Part shown: positions 1-10,652 of the stretch, piece by piece | Position numbering within the stretch: position 1 is the stretch's first letter | How the letters are laid out: the number at the start of each line of letters is the position of its first letter | Source: Geosiphon pyriformis uo1 | Taxonomy: Eukaryota; Fungi; Glomeromycota | Assembly: GCA_016748015.1 (NCBI GenBank) | Contig: JAAOMT010000151.1 | Coordinates: 124,001-188,000, forward strand | Direction: 5' to 3' | DNA: 64,000 nt | Translations under genes and position numbers: made by a program | Notes under the pieces: model-generated | Database searches by the model: none | What the model was told of the DNA's origin: nothing | Seen by the model: the letters and a program-made list of their open reading frames with translations, nothing else

Positions 1-114
1 ATTCTAATATTGTGAATACAATGTTTTCGCTATTTGAAAAGATATATTCTGTGACCGATTTCTATTCAGAGAAAACAAGTCGGTGAAACTGAGATTGAGA
101 CACTTTTAAAGCCC

Positions 115-1234
115 TTAATCCGATTCTTCATTATCACTATAGACTAAAATGGAGTCCAAAGCATTTGAACTTGAATTTATGTGCTTTACAGGGTTGACTA
201 AGTTTTTCTCAGATGATACGATTGTTGCAGAAGCAGTAACAGCTTCGGATATTTGAGCACCATATGTAGGCGAGTTTATCATCTCGCTTTCAACTTTTTT
301 GTGAGAAGGTAATGAATTACCACCACTTCTTTGGCTAAACTTGTTGGAGTTTCTTTTTGAAATGGATTTTTCATCATCATCCAATTTCAGGCGTTTGTTT
401 GAGCGCTCATTTGAAACGGTCTGAGAACTTTCTGGGAAAAGTTTTTTTCGAACACTATTACTGTTTTTTCGTTTAACAGCACCCATGAGTATAAGACGTT
501 GCATATCTGGTTTTATAGGGTTATTGGTTAAAGAGCCACCAACAGTTTTGGTGTCTAATTTAGGCTGTTGTGACGTTAGCGGTAATACCACTGGTGAACT
601 CAAAATTACACCAGTACTATCTGCCTCCATGGCAGCACTAGCCAAGGATGGTTGAAATTCCATGAATGGGAAACAATATGGTGACCAAATGAACCAGAAA
701 CAGAAGAAAAGATGTAACAAACCGCCTAAACTCTTCCAACTCCTCTTTTTCTTTCCGTAGTTTATCGAGCTCTTTGGTGCGCTCTTCATTCTCCAACGCG
801 GCCAAGAAGTCTATTTCGTCCTCATCAAGTCTGTGTACCAGATTACCTTTGAACATATAAATCAATTGGACAAAAAAAATCCGAATAAAAATTCATTTTG
901 CTGGAAGAGCCATCTGGCTTTAACATACTGAATCTAGTCAATTCCTGAAAAGTTTCCTCCTTTTTCATTTTTTGTTCTTGAAGACGTTCGTACAAAGTTC
1001 TTGGATCATAGACTTCCTCTTGAAGCTTGGCTGTTTCAGGATCTACATAAAATGAGACACAAGTTCGATTGGAATGCTTGTAAACATCCAAGGCTATTGA
1101 ATAGGTCACTTTAGTAAACATATACTTTGACCGCTTTCTTCGAGTACTTTTTTCCATTCCGCTTGACGCTTTTGTCGGGCTTCTTGGATCTCTTCTTCCG
1201 AGACAAACTTTCTGGAAATTGAAACACTTTCCAT
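115..1234 (-). CDS. FYV6: FAM192A/Fyv6 (PSME3IP1/NIP30) family protein, multi-exon
   Basis: Exons translate MESVSISRKFVSEEEIQEARQKRQAEW / EEVYDPRTLYERLQEQKMKKEETF / NLVHRLDEDEIDFL, typical of the FAM192A/Fyv6 N-terminal domain. C-terminus is LVYSDNEESD. GT..AG introns separate the pieces. Confidence 0.85.
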
Positions 1235-1825
1235 ATTTACGGAAAGTAATTTTTGTTAAAAAATCGGGTTTTATCAAAAAAATTTTCAGGTGATCATCGA
1301 GAAAGTGAAGTTTTAATAGGATATAAGATTATATAATAAAATAAATTTATTTTTTTATTATATTTTTTAATACAATAAACTTAATAATTTGCAAGATTAA
1401 TATTTTTGTTGTATATAGATAAATTATTAATACATATGAAATTAGCATTTGTAAAATAATTATATTAACAATTTATATAAAAATATTATGTATTTAATAA
1501 TTAATTGTAAAAACAATTTATATTAAATTAAATAAAAATAAGAATAAATCTCTTTTTTTCTTTTGTATTTTTATAACTGTAATTAAAACAAAGAGTAAAA
1601 AAGTTGTAATCTTTTTATTTTTTAAAGCACTTAATAATATTTTTATTAGTAAAGCATTTACAACTGTTGAAACTGCTTAATAAAACTTTGTAAAAGTGTT
1701 TTTTTTTAAGTAAATTAGTATTAGACCAGTCTTTTATTGGTTTTAAAGTACTATTTTTGGTTTTAAATAAAAGTTTTTTTTTTAAATTTACTTTTAAATA
1801 ATTAACTAAGATTAGTTTTAATGTA

Positions 1826-1878
<53 letters not shown>
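1826..1878. repeat. (ATT)n microsatellite
   Basis: Directly visible, about 17 units. Confidence 0.95.
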
Positions 1879-1879
<1 letters not shown>

Positions 1880-2989
1880 GAATTCTAAAATCTTTAACAA
1901 CAAATTAATAGCAAAACTACTTTTTTCTTTTATTACTTTATTTATATATTGCTTAAATAACTAAAAAAACCAAAAAAGTAAAAAAACAATCTTTTATTTT
2001 TTTTTACTTAAAATAACCAATTTTTTTAAAATATTAAAACAAATTATTTTTTTGGTGTTTTTTAAAATACTATTTTTTTAATTTTTTTAATATTTACATT
2101 AATTTTATAATAATTATATCAATTATAATGCTTAATTTAAATTTGGTTGTAAATAATAACTTTATTTTCTATTTAAATAATAATAATAATAATATGTTTA
2201 ACAAATTTGGTCTTAATTATATTTAGTTAAATTGTTTAATATATTAAATTTTAGTTAATTTTTATTAATTTTAAAAGTTAATTAAATTATACTTTTATAT
2301 ATTTTAAATAATCAATTTATTAAGTTATTTAATCTTAAAAATTAGGCTAATTAAATAAAAATTAATGTTTTTTAATAATACTATTTTTAATAATACTTAA
2401 AAAACAATTAAGAATTTTTAAATAAATAGTTTTTATTTTAATATTTAATACTATTATAATTTAAGAATTTAATAAGAATTATAAAATAATTTAAATTATT
2501 TAATTATAATATATAGTATAATAATAATTTTAAAAAGATAATAATTTATATAATAATAATTATTCAATAATATTAATAACAAATACTATTTTATAATAAT
2601 AAAAATACAAATATGTATATATATAATAATTTTAATATTAAAAAAAATTATTTTTACAACTATTATTTTTTAGCTTTTACTTTTAAATAAACATTTAAAT
2701 AAATTTTTAATTAATCAAAAAAAATTATTAAAAACTGAATTATTGTTATAAATTTATTAAAAAATTTATATCTATTTATTAATTAATTCAAATTATTATT
2801 TATTATTCTATTAAACTATTCAAATTATTATTTAATTAATAATCTGATTTATACAAAACACAAATATAATTAATTGTAATAATTAAATTATATAATATTT
2901 CGAACTATATAATATTTAAAAATTTGCTAAAATATGTAAAATTTGACAAAATATTTAATAGTTTACCAAAATATATTAAAAAAAAATAT

Positions 2990-5495
2990 TAATTTATAAA
3001 ATTAAAGTAGAAAAACAATGAAGTAAAAAATTTGATTCCAAATAGAACATACTATTTTATATTAAAAAAATTCTAGGAAATAGAGCTTATAAACTAAGAT
3101 AAAATAACAAAATTTTAGCTAAAACAATATATAGAGATTAATTAAAACCATATTACAATATAATATTATTATCTACCAATAATATTCTATAACTAGAAAT
3201 ATAACAAATATTAATCCAATCAGATAAAATTTCATAAAATTTAGAACCAATTATAATCATCAACACAAACATGTCAAATTAATATAGCAGAAAAATATAT
3301 AAAAAACCAATACATATGACAAAAACAAAACAAAAAAATAGAAATTATTAATAATATCTACTTATTTATATAATAACTGTTCTAACTAATCCAATACTAA
3401 CAACTGAACATAAAAATTACAATTAATCAACAAACTATTCAATACAAAAATAGAAAAAAGAAGCCAAAACACCAATATGAAGTACACAAAAAAAATTAAA
3501 AAACATAATAAGAATATATTAGCAAAAGTAAAATTATTAGTAAAAATACCAAAAATAACAACACTATATAAGAAATTAACAGAAAAAAACTGAAAATAAT
3601 AAACATAATAATTTCCAAAAAACTTTTGCTATTACTATTTGAAACAAAACCTCAATACTCAAAACTTGTATACTAACAAAACAAAATAATTGTTTGACAC
3701 AACAATATTGCATTAACTCAAACAATTTGTGAAAAAAAACAACCTATTCACATAGACATAAGTCATATACTAGTTACAAGCAAAGTTTTAAGACTGACCA
3801 AAAATAATATTTTATTTAATAATAAATACAGTAATCATTAATCAATTAGGAAGGATTACTAATGTTCAATTTGAAAAATTACAGATTAAAATTCCCCAAG
3901 TAATTCTTAAACAAAAAGTCAAAGAGTTAATTTAAAAAAAGAAATTAGAAAATTTAGGAGATTTCAATAAAGCTTAATATTAAAAGAAAGAAATAATATT
4001 ACTCATAAAAATTTAAAAATTTTTAATAAGAATATAAAGTAGCCAATTAGAAATAAGCATAATAAAAAAAGAATTTTAGGATTCCTCTTAAGAAATCACA
4101 AGATTCCAGAAATTTTAGAATTTCTTTTGAGGAATTACAAGATTTCAGAAATTCTAGGATTCTTGGCTAAAAGAATTAAAGAAATCCAAGAAATCTCATA
4201 TAATATTAATTATGTATATATAGTGAGAATATTAGAAGCAGAAAAAACAAAATTTAGTTTAGATTAATACCAACAATCAATTAATTATCCAATACTTCTT
4301 TTTTCAAAATAGTTTTTTATAACTTGAAATGAAATTAAATTATATATTAATAAAATATTAATTATTATTTGAATTTATATTACTGTTATTTGATTAAAAA
4401 ATATTAATTACTTTATCAATATTCTATGTTAATAAAATCCAATACTTAATCACATTGGACCAATAGTTCTTGATCATAACTATTGACAAAATACTAATTT
4501 CTTATTTTTTTTTATATTTTTTTTATTTATTTTTTTTATATTTTTTTATATTTTATTTTTTTTGTTGTTTGCTAATTGATTAAAAAAGATTAAATGTTAA
4601 GTTATTGATGTTAAAAAAAACTGGTAAAAAACCCATAAAAAAAAAGTAAACACTTGAAAATTGAGGATAGCTTACTAGAAAAAACTTGTCATCATTATAA
4701 GAAAAAAATTTATGGAAAGAACTTCTGAGATAGGTATTGAAACAACAAGTGAATTTTTGTCTATTATACAAAAAACTTAACTAAAACTTTTAAGTTATGA
4801 AAACCTTCAGAAAATACCAACATTAATAAGCTATTAAGCATCAAGTTACAGGTTTGTTATTTGTATTGACATTCCAAATAATTACCTATAACACTTTTTT
4901 CTTCAAAAGATAGTTTTTTATGACTTGAAGTAAAATTATTTCTATATTAATAAAATTATTTATTATTCTTAAATTCATTTTATTATTACTTAATTAAAGA
5001 AATATTAATTTATTTTACTCTATCAATATTCTATGTTAATAAAATCTAATACTTAATTATACTAAACTAATAGTTCTTGATCATGGCTATTGATGAGATA
5101 CTAATTTTTTTTTCTTTTTTATTTTTTATTTTTTTTTTATTTTTATTTTTTTATTTATTTTATTTTGTTTCATTTATTTGTTGTTTACTAATTAATTAAA
5201 AAAATTAAATACTAAGTATTTGACATTAAAAATAGCCTAGTAAAAGACCTGGAAATAAGAGTAAAAATTTAAAAATAACTTACTAAAAAGGCACAATTGC
5301 CAAAATAAACTGGCCATTACACTAAAAAAAAATTCACAAAAAAAACCATCAATTAAATCTCTGTTTATTATACAAAGAACTTAACCAAAATCTTTAGACT
5401 TTAAAATCTTCAGAAATTACCAAGATTATTAACTATTAAGCACTAAGTTATGAGTTTGTTATTTGTTCCAACAACCCAAATAATTATCTATAATA
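2990..5495 (+). mobile_element. Heavily decayed 3' end of Ty3/Gypsy element F (integrase C-terminus, ORF3 remnant, PPT, 3' LTR with partial tandem duplication)
   Basis: 3005-3260 aligns by eye with the A integrase end (AEKQWS..KF..KW.GPFY..LGN..YKLR and LEPIII). A purine tract at about 3982-3996 is followed by TATTAC (decayed TGTTAC) at 3997. LTR-like ends are TATAACA (4893) and TATAATA (5495). Confidence 0.6.
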
Positions 5496-7304
5496 CCAGT
5501 TTCTTTTTCTTGTATAGTTAAACCAAAACTTAATAATCTGTTATTACCAAAAATTTGGCACCAAAAAGATATTTATCCCAATAATTAGTAGTCCATACTA
5601 CTATTAAACATTTTTGTTTAGTAATTGAGTAGTTTTGTTTTGTTAGAAAAAGTGATTGACTGGCATAGACTATAACATGTTTTTTGTTATTTTTGTTTTT
5701 TTAAGAGAAAACAGCACCAAATTTAAAGCTAGATATATCAATGTGAAGAATAAAAAATTGGTTTAAATCAAATTGCATAAGTATAAATTTAGAAACTAGT
5801 TTTTTTTTCAAGATTTTAAAGACTTTTTGCTGATGTATACTTTAGTAATAATTAACAGTTTTTTTGAATAATTAATTAAAAAAAAAAATGATTTTGGAAA
5901 AATCTTTAACAAATTTTTGATAATAAAATGCCAAACCAAAAAAAAAACATAGTTTATGAATATTTATTGGTTGTTTAATATTTTGAACTTTTTTAACCTT
6001 GGCCAGATCAGAAAAAATTCCATTTTTTGTAATAAAATGACCAAAAAACTGGATGAATTGTTGTCCAAAAAAAGATTTAATTAGATTAATCTTAAGACCA
6101 AGATTTTTAAAGAAATCAAAAACTTTTTATAAATGTTCAAAGTATTTATCTTATGTTTTTAAGTATACTATTATATTATCAAAATAAATTAAAATAAAGT
6201 TTTCTTTTACTAATTTAAATACTTTGTTTATTAAGCATTTAAAAATAAAAGGAACATTGATAAAACCAAAAAACATGATAGTAAATTTATAGGTATCATA
6301 TTTGGTAATAAAAACAGTTTTTTTTCTGCTCTTTAGATCTATTTTTACTTGTTAGAATTCAACAGTTAGATTAATAGTTGAAAAAAAAGCAGTATTATTA
6401 AATTGATTCAACATTGTATCAATTTTGAAAAGTGAATTTATGTTTTTTTTAGTAATAGTATTTAATTAACAATAGTCAACATAAAAATATAGGATTCCAC
6501 TTTTCTTGAATATTATTACAACTAAAAATGCTTATTTACTTTTGGTTTTTTGTATAAATTTAAGGTTTTTCATCTGGTTTATTTCTTTTTTAATAAATTC
6601 ATTATTGTGATAATTGAACTAATAAGACTTTAAATGAATAGAATGAGTTTTTTTGGTAGTGATAGTATTGTTATAGGTTAGAATAACAAGCTAATGGATA
6701 GCAAGGGAGAACAGAATTGTAGGATAATAGAAATAATCAAAGGGATTTCAACTTTAATAAGCAAATTAAATAAGTATGGATTCAATGTGTGAGATCAGCC
6801 TCATAAAATATCTCAATCACTATACTTTTCAAAAAATAACCAGGAAATCTGAAAGTAGAGGAATAGTCTATACTGTCAACAAATAATCACATCTGGTATA
6901 ATTCTATGTCTTATGTCGGCACTTTTAGAATTCAATATTAGGTATTAGATGTGCTCTTCAGTCACGTTTTATTCAATAATTTTCAAATGCTACAATTACA
7001 CATTTCAGGAAAAAAGTAAGAAATAACCAACAAGTAATCTTTTATTCCAAGATATTCAGATACTTGAAAATAGAGAAAGGGAAATTAGTGATAAGAAAAA
7101 GATTAAGATGAAAGTTGTTATTTTATTTATTTTATTTTCTTGATTTTTATATGCTTTTCTACAGCTAAGAGATTCATCACTTATATAGCTATCAAAAGTA
7201 GTCAATGATTAGGTCAACGACTAGGTCAATGATCAGGTCAATAATTAGGTCAATGATCAAATTATTGATCAGGTCAATGATTAGGTCAATAATCAGGTCA
7301 ACGG

Positions 7305-8624
7305 TGTTACCAGTGGAATTTTAGCTATTAATTAGCATGAAATTATCTTCATAATTCTTATTATTAAGTAACATATTATTATCATTTCGATTATCACTTA
7401 TTAATTAGCCAAATTATCAAATATTATTACTCAATCAATAACCCGATTTGTACTATAGAAATTAAGATGATCAAATTACACAATACTCTGAACCATTTAA
7501 TATAGTCAAAATTCGCCGAAATTAATGGAAAAATCGCCGAAATAATCAATAATTTGTAGAAATAACTTGTAGTTTGCCGAAATGTATCTTTAGTTCACCC
7601 AAATTATAGAAAAGAGAAAAGTGCAAGTTCAAAGACTAGTACTACAACAAGTTGTATAAAAGAAGAACTTCTCTCTTCAAAAAAATATATCCTTTTCATA
7701 TCTTACCATAGTATCTTACTTTAAATATCTTAATTAGAACAAATTACTTTTTACAAAAATTAAATAAAAATCAAATATTTGAAAACCAAATCCTTAAATT
7801 ATTACACTTGAAATTCTCTCAACACAACTAACGTTTTGAAATTGATTAGCTACCAATTTCAATAAACTGTTAGTGACTCCAGGCCTGGATAGAAAACGTT
7901 TCCCTTAATAAAATCCTATTTCTTTTATATTTCTTTTATTTTTCTTTTATTTTCTTATTACAAATCATTAGGGTAGCCTACAGACAAGATTTCTGTAGAA
8001 GAGTTGACTTTCACAGCAAAGTAACTACACATTTTTAGTGAGCTTCCAGATGAGCAATTCCTGGGAAAGAGTTGACGTTTACTACAACGTAACTACATAA
8101 AGTAACTGGCAAGGAATTGGCCATTCNNNNNNNNNNNNNNNNNNNNATGATTACACTTGAAATTCTCTCAACACAACTAACGTTTTGAAATTGATTAGCT
8201 ACCAATTTCAATAAACTGTTAGTGACTCCAGGCCTGGATAGAAAACGTTTCCCTTAATAAAATCCTATTTCTTTTATATTTCTTTTATTTTTCTTTTATT
8301 TTCTTATTACAAATCATTAGGGTAGCCTACAGACAAGATTTCTGTAGAAGAGTTGACTTTCACAGCAAAGTAACTACACATTTTTAGTGAGCTTCCAGAT
8401 GAGCAATTCCTGGGAAAGAGTTGACGTTTACTACAACATAACTACACAAAGTAACTGGCACAGAATTGGCCATTCTACTTATAAGCCCAGCAGTTCAAAT
8501 TATAGGAGATAATTTGAAGATAAATTCAGTTATTGGAGGTTCAACTACTTTTAAAAAACGTGAATTTAAAACAAACAGACATTAATAACATTTAAGAAAA
8601 GAGACCAAAAAACCTCCAGTAACA
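7305..8624 (+). repeat. 5' LTR of element A (contains a 20-N gap and a duplicated 326-bp assembly overlap)
   Basis: Matches 24247-24430 plus 32157-32928. TATAAAA at about 7655. Confidence 0.9.
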
Positions 8625-8669
8625 TTTGGTGCTCTCCTACGAAAATAACACAGCAATAACAATTTCAAA

Positions 8670-10510
8670 GTGGTGACCATACCAGACACAACAACTCTAG
8701 AGTATTATCAGTCAATTTACACCCACTGCAAGCAAAGATTCAACATCTCAGATGGAATTGAAGTTGTTAAGAAATCAGTATACCAATATATTGAAAATTG
8801 CTTCAACAACTATCTTTTTGAAAACTATAATATATCAAAAGTCAGAAACAATCTCTACAATAATTTAGTGCATTATTCACAATTGGAAACAGAAGATCTG
8901 AACAGTGAAACACTTGCTACCTACTTTCAAGAACTTAATTTTAATATTATTGAGTATTGTGAAGAAAAATACCCAGTACAGCCCAAATACTCTCTTGACT
9001 TTGAATCAGAAACAGAAACAAGCAACAAAGGCAAACAAAAAGTAAAACAATACTCAAGAACCACTCCAAACACTCTAATACTACCAAAGACAACCACCAA
9101 ATACTTGCAAACACCTGAACAAAGAACCAGTATCAAATTACCACTTTCTATTATACCATTTCCAATTTCACTTGCTCGACCACAAACACCAAGTTTACCA
9201 TTTAATTGTTTCTCCAGACCAGAAAATTTTCAGTCACCTAGAAATCCTACTCAACAGCAGGAACCAATATCAACCAGCACCAATATTATTGAATACTTAC
9301 AGGAAAACAAAAGTAATTATTCAGAGAACTTAGAAAGTGAAGAAACTGAATTAGAACCAGAAAAAATTCCAGAAAATGAAGAAGAAATGACAACTGCTTA
9401 CATTGCAAAAATTCCAGAATTTACTAGTGAAGATAATAATACCAGCCTTTAAGAATGGCTTAATAAAGTCCAGAAGACAGAAGATGCAAATGGTTGAAAT
9501 ACAGCTAGAATGCTTAAAGCAATCCCATACTTTCTTCAAGGAACTACAGGAAAATGGTTTGAAAACTTAGAAAAATCATTTGAAAACTGGCAAGCTTTCA
9601 AAGATGCTTTCTTACAACAGTTTACTGACAACAACACTTCTATTACTCTCCAAAATTGCTTTTGCAATATCAAACAAAAAACATCTGAAACTGTTATGAC
9701 CTATCTTAAAAGATTCAACAAACTTCTTCAATGAATTCGACAATTGAAAACCAATGAATATTATTCCAATGCCCAAATTTTAGATCAGTTTATAGCAGAA
9801 TTAAAAGACAAATTCATTAAGAAAGTTCGTCCACATGCTCCAGAAAACTTAGCAACTGCTATTAGACATGCAAAGAACTATGAAATAGCAATGGAAGAAG
9901 CAAACCACACCAAACTTGTCAATCTAGCTATTGGAGAAACCAGCTCAGCAGCTGAAAAAAAATAGACCAACTCACAAAAAAGATTGAAAGCTACTTTACC
10001 AACCAACAACAATAGCAGTAACAACCACAAAAATACCAACCCCCACAATGACACAATCAAAACAATTTTGGATCACCATCTAACAACCAAACTCAAAATT
10101 GTCATTATTATGGAATTCCAGGACACTGGAAACAGGATTGCAAAAAATTGCAAAAAGACCAACAAAATAGGAGTAATTAACATTACTCTTCACCACAACA
10201 ATCTTATTACTAACCTCAAGACCACAAAATTAAAACAATTAATATTAACCAGCTCCACAACCAATACAGCAACAATATCAGCAATCTTTACCAATTCAGC
10301 AATATCAAACACCACCCACTTAACAATACTAAATACCAGCCAGAAGATTGGTTCAACATAATCAATTCACACCCCAAAATTAATTTCAGAACAACAACAA
10401 CAGAATCAATCCAAATAACCAGTTGGTTTCTCAAAATTCTGGTCAACAAAGACCCAGTCACTATCACACTCAATCCAGTTACCTTACAATGCCTGAAGAA
10501 TCGGATTTTC
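8670..10510 (+). pseudogene. gag: Element A gag (N-terminal extension, capsid, CCHC knuckle)
   Basis: AKIPEF..EW..ANG..MLKAIPYFLQGT.G.WF and QFIAEL capsid motifs. Decayed knuckle CHYYGIPGHWKQDC at 10100-10141. Contains stops and indels. Confidence 0.85.
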
Positions 10511-10652
10511 AACAATCTGTACTTCTAAAGGTGAAGTTGTAGCACCAAGATCAAACCCTTTCAACAACACTATTCCATCAGCTCAAATTGCCCAAAATGC
10601 TAACCTCTCAGATATATTCCCATTCGAATTTGAAGCAAATGAATCACTATTC

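Noticed and set aside
7199-7304. 12-bp array as a CRISPR or nuclear-receptor element
   Set aside because: There are no spacers, the context is a eukaryotic LTR, and fungi lack nuclear receptors.
8046-8070. Hammerhead-like CAGATGAG...GAAA in A's LTR, and CTGAAGAG in B-family LTRs
   Set aside because: In A the core has A at U4 and no G-C closed stem II, and covariation supports a different fold. In B there is no GAAA after the stem.
7801-8475. 326-bp direct duplication inside A's 5' LTR
   Set aside because: The near-identical copies flank a 20-N scaffold gap (8127-8146) and the 3' LTR has one copy, so this is an unmerged contig overlap.
10503-10509. G_GAU_UUU as a -1 frameshift site in element A
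   Set aside because: The frames are compatible, but A has several other indels and only one copy is present. A 1-nt deletion near 10523 explains it equally well.
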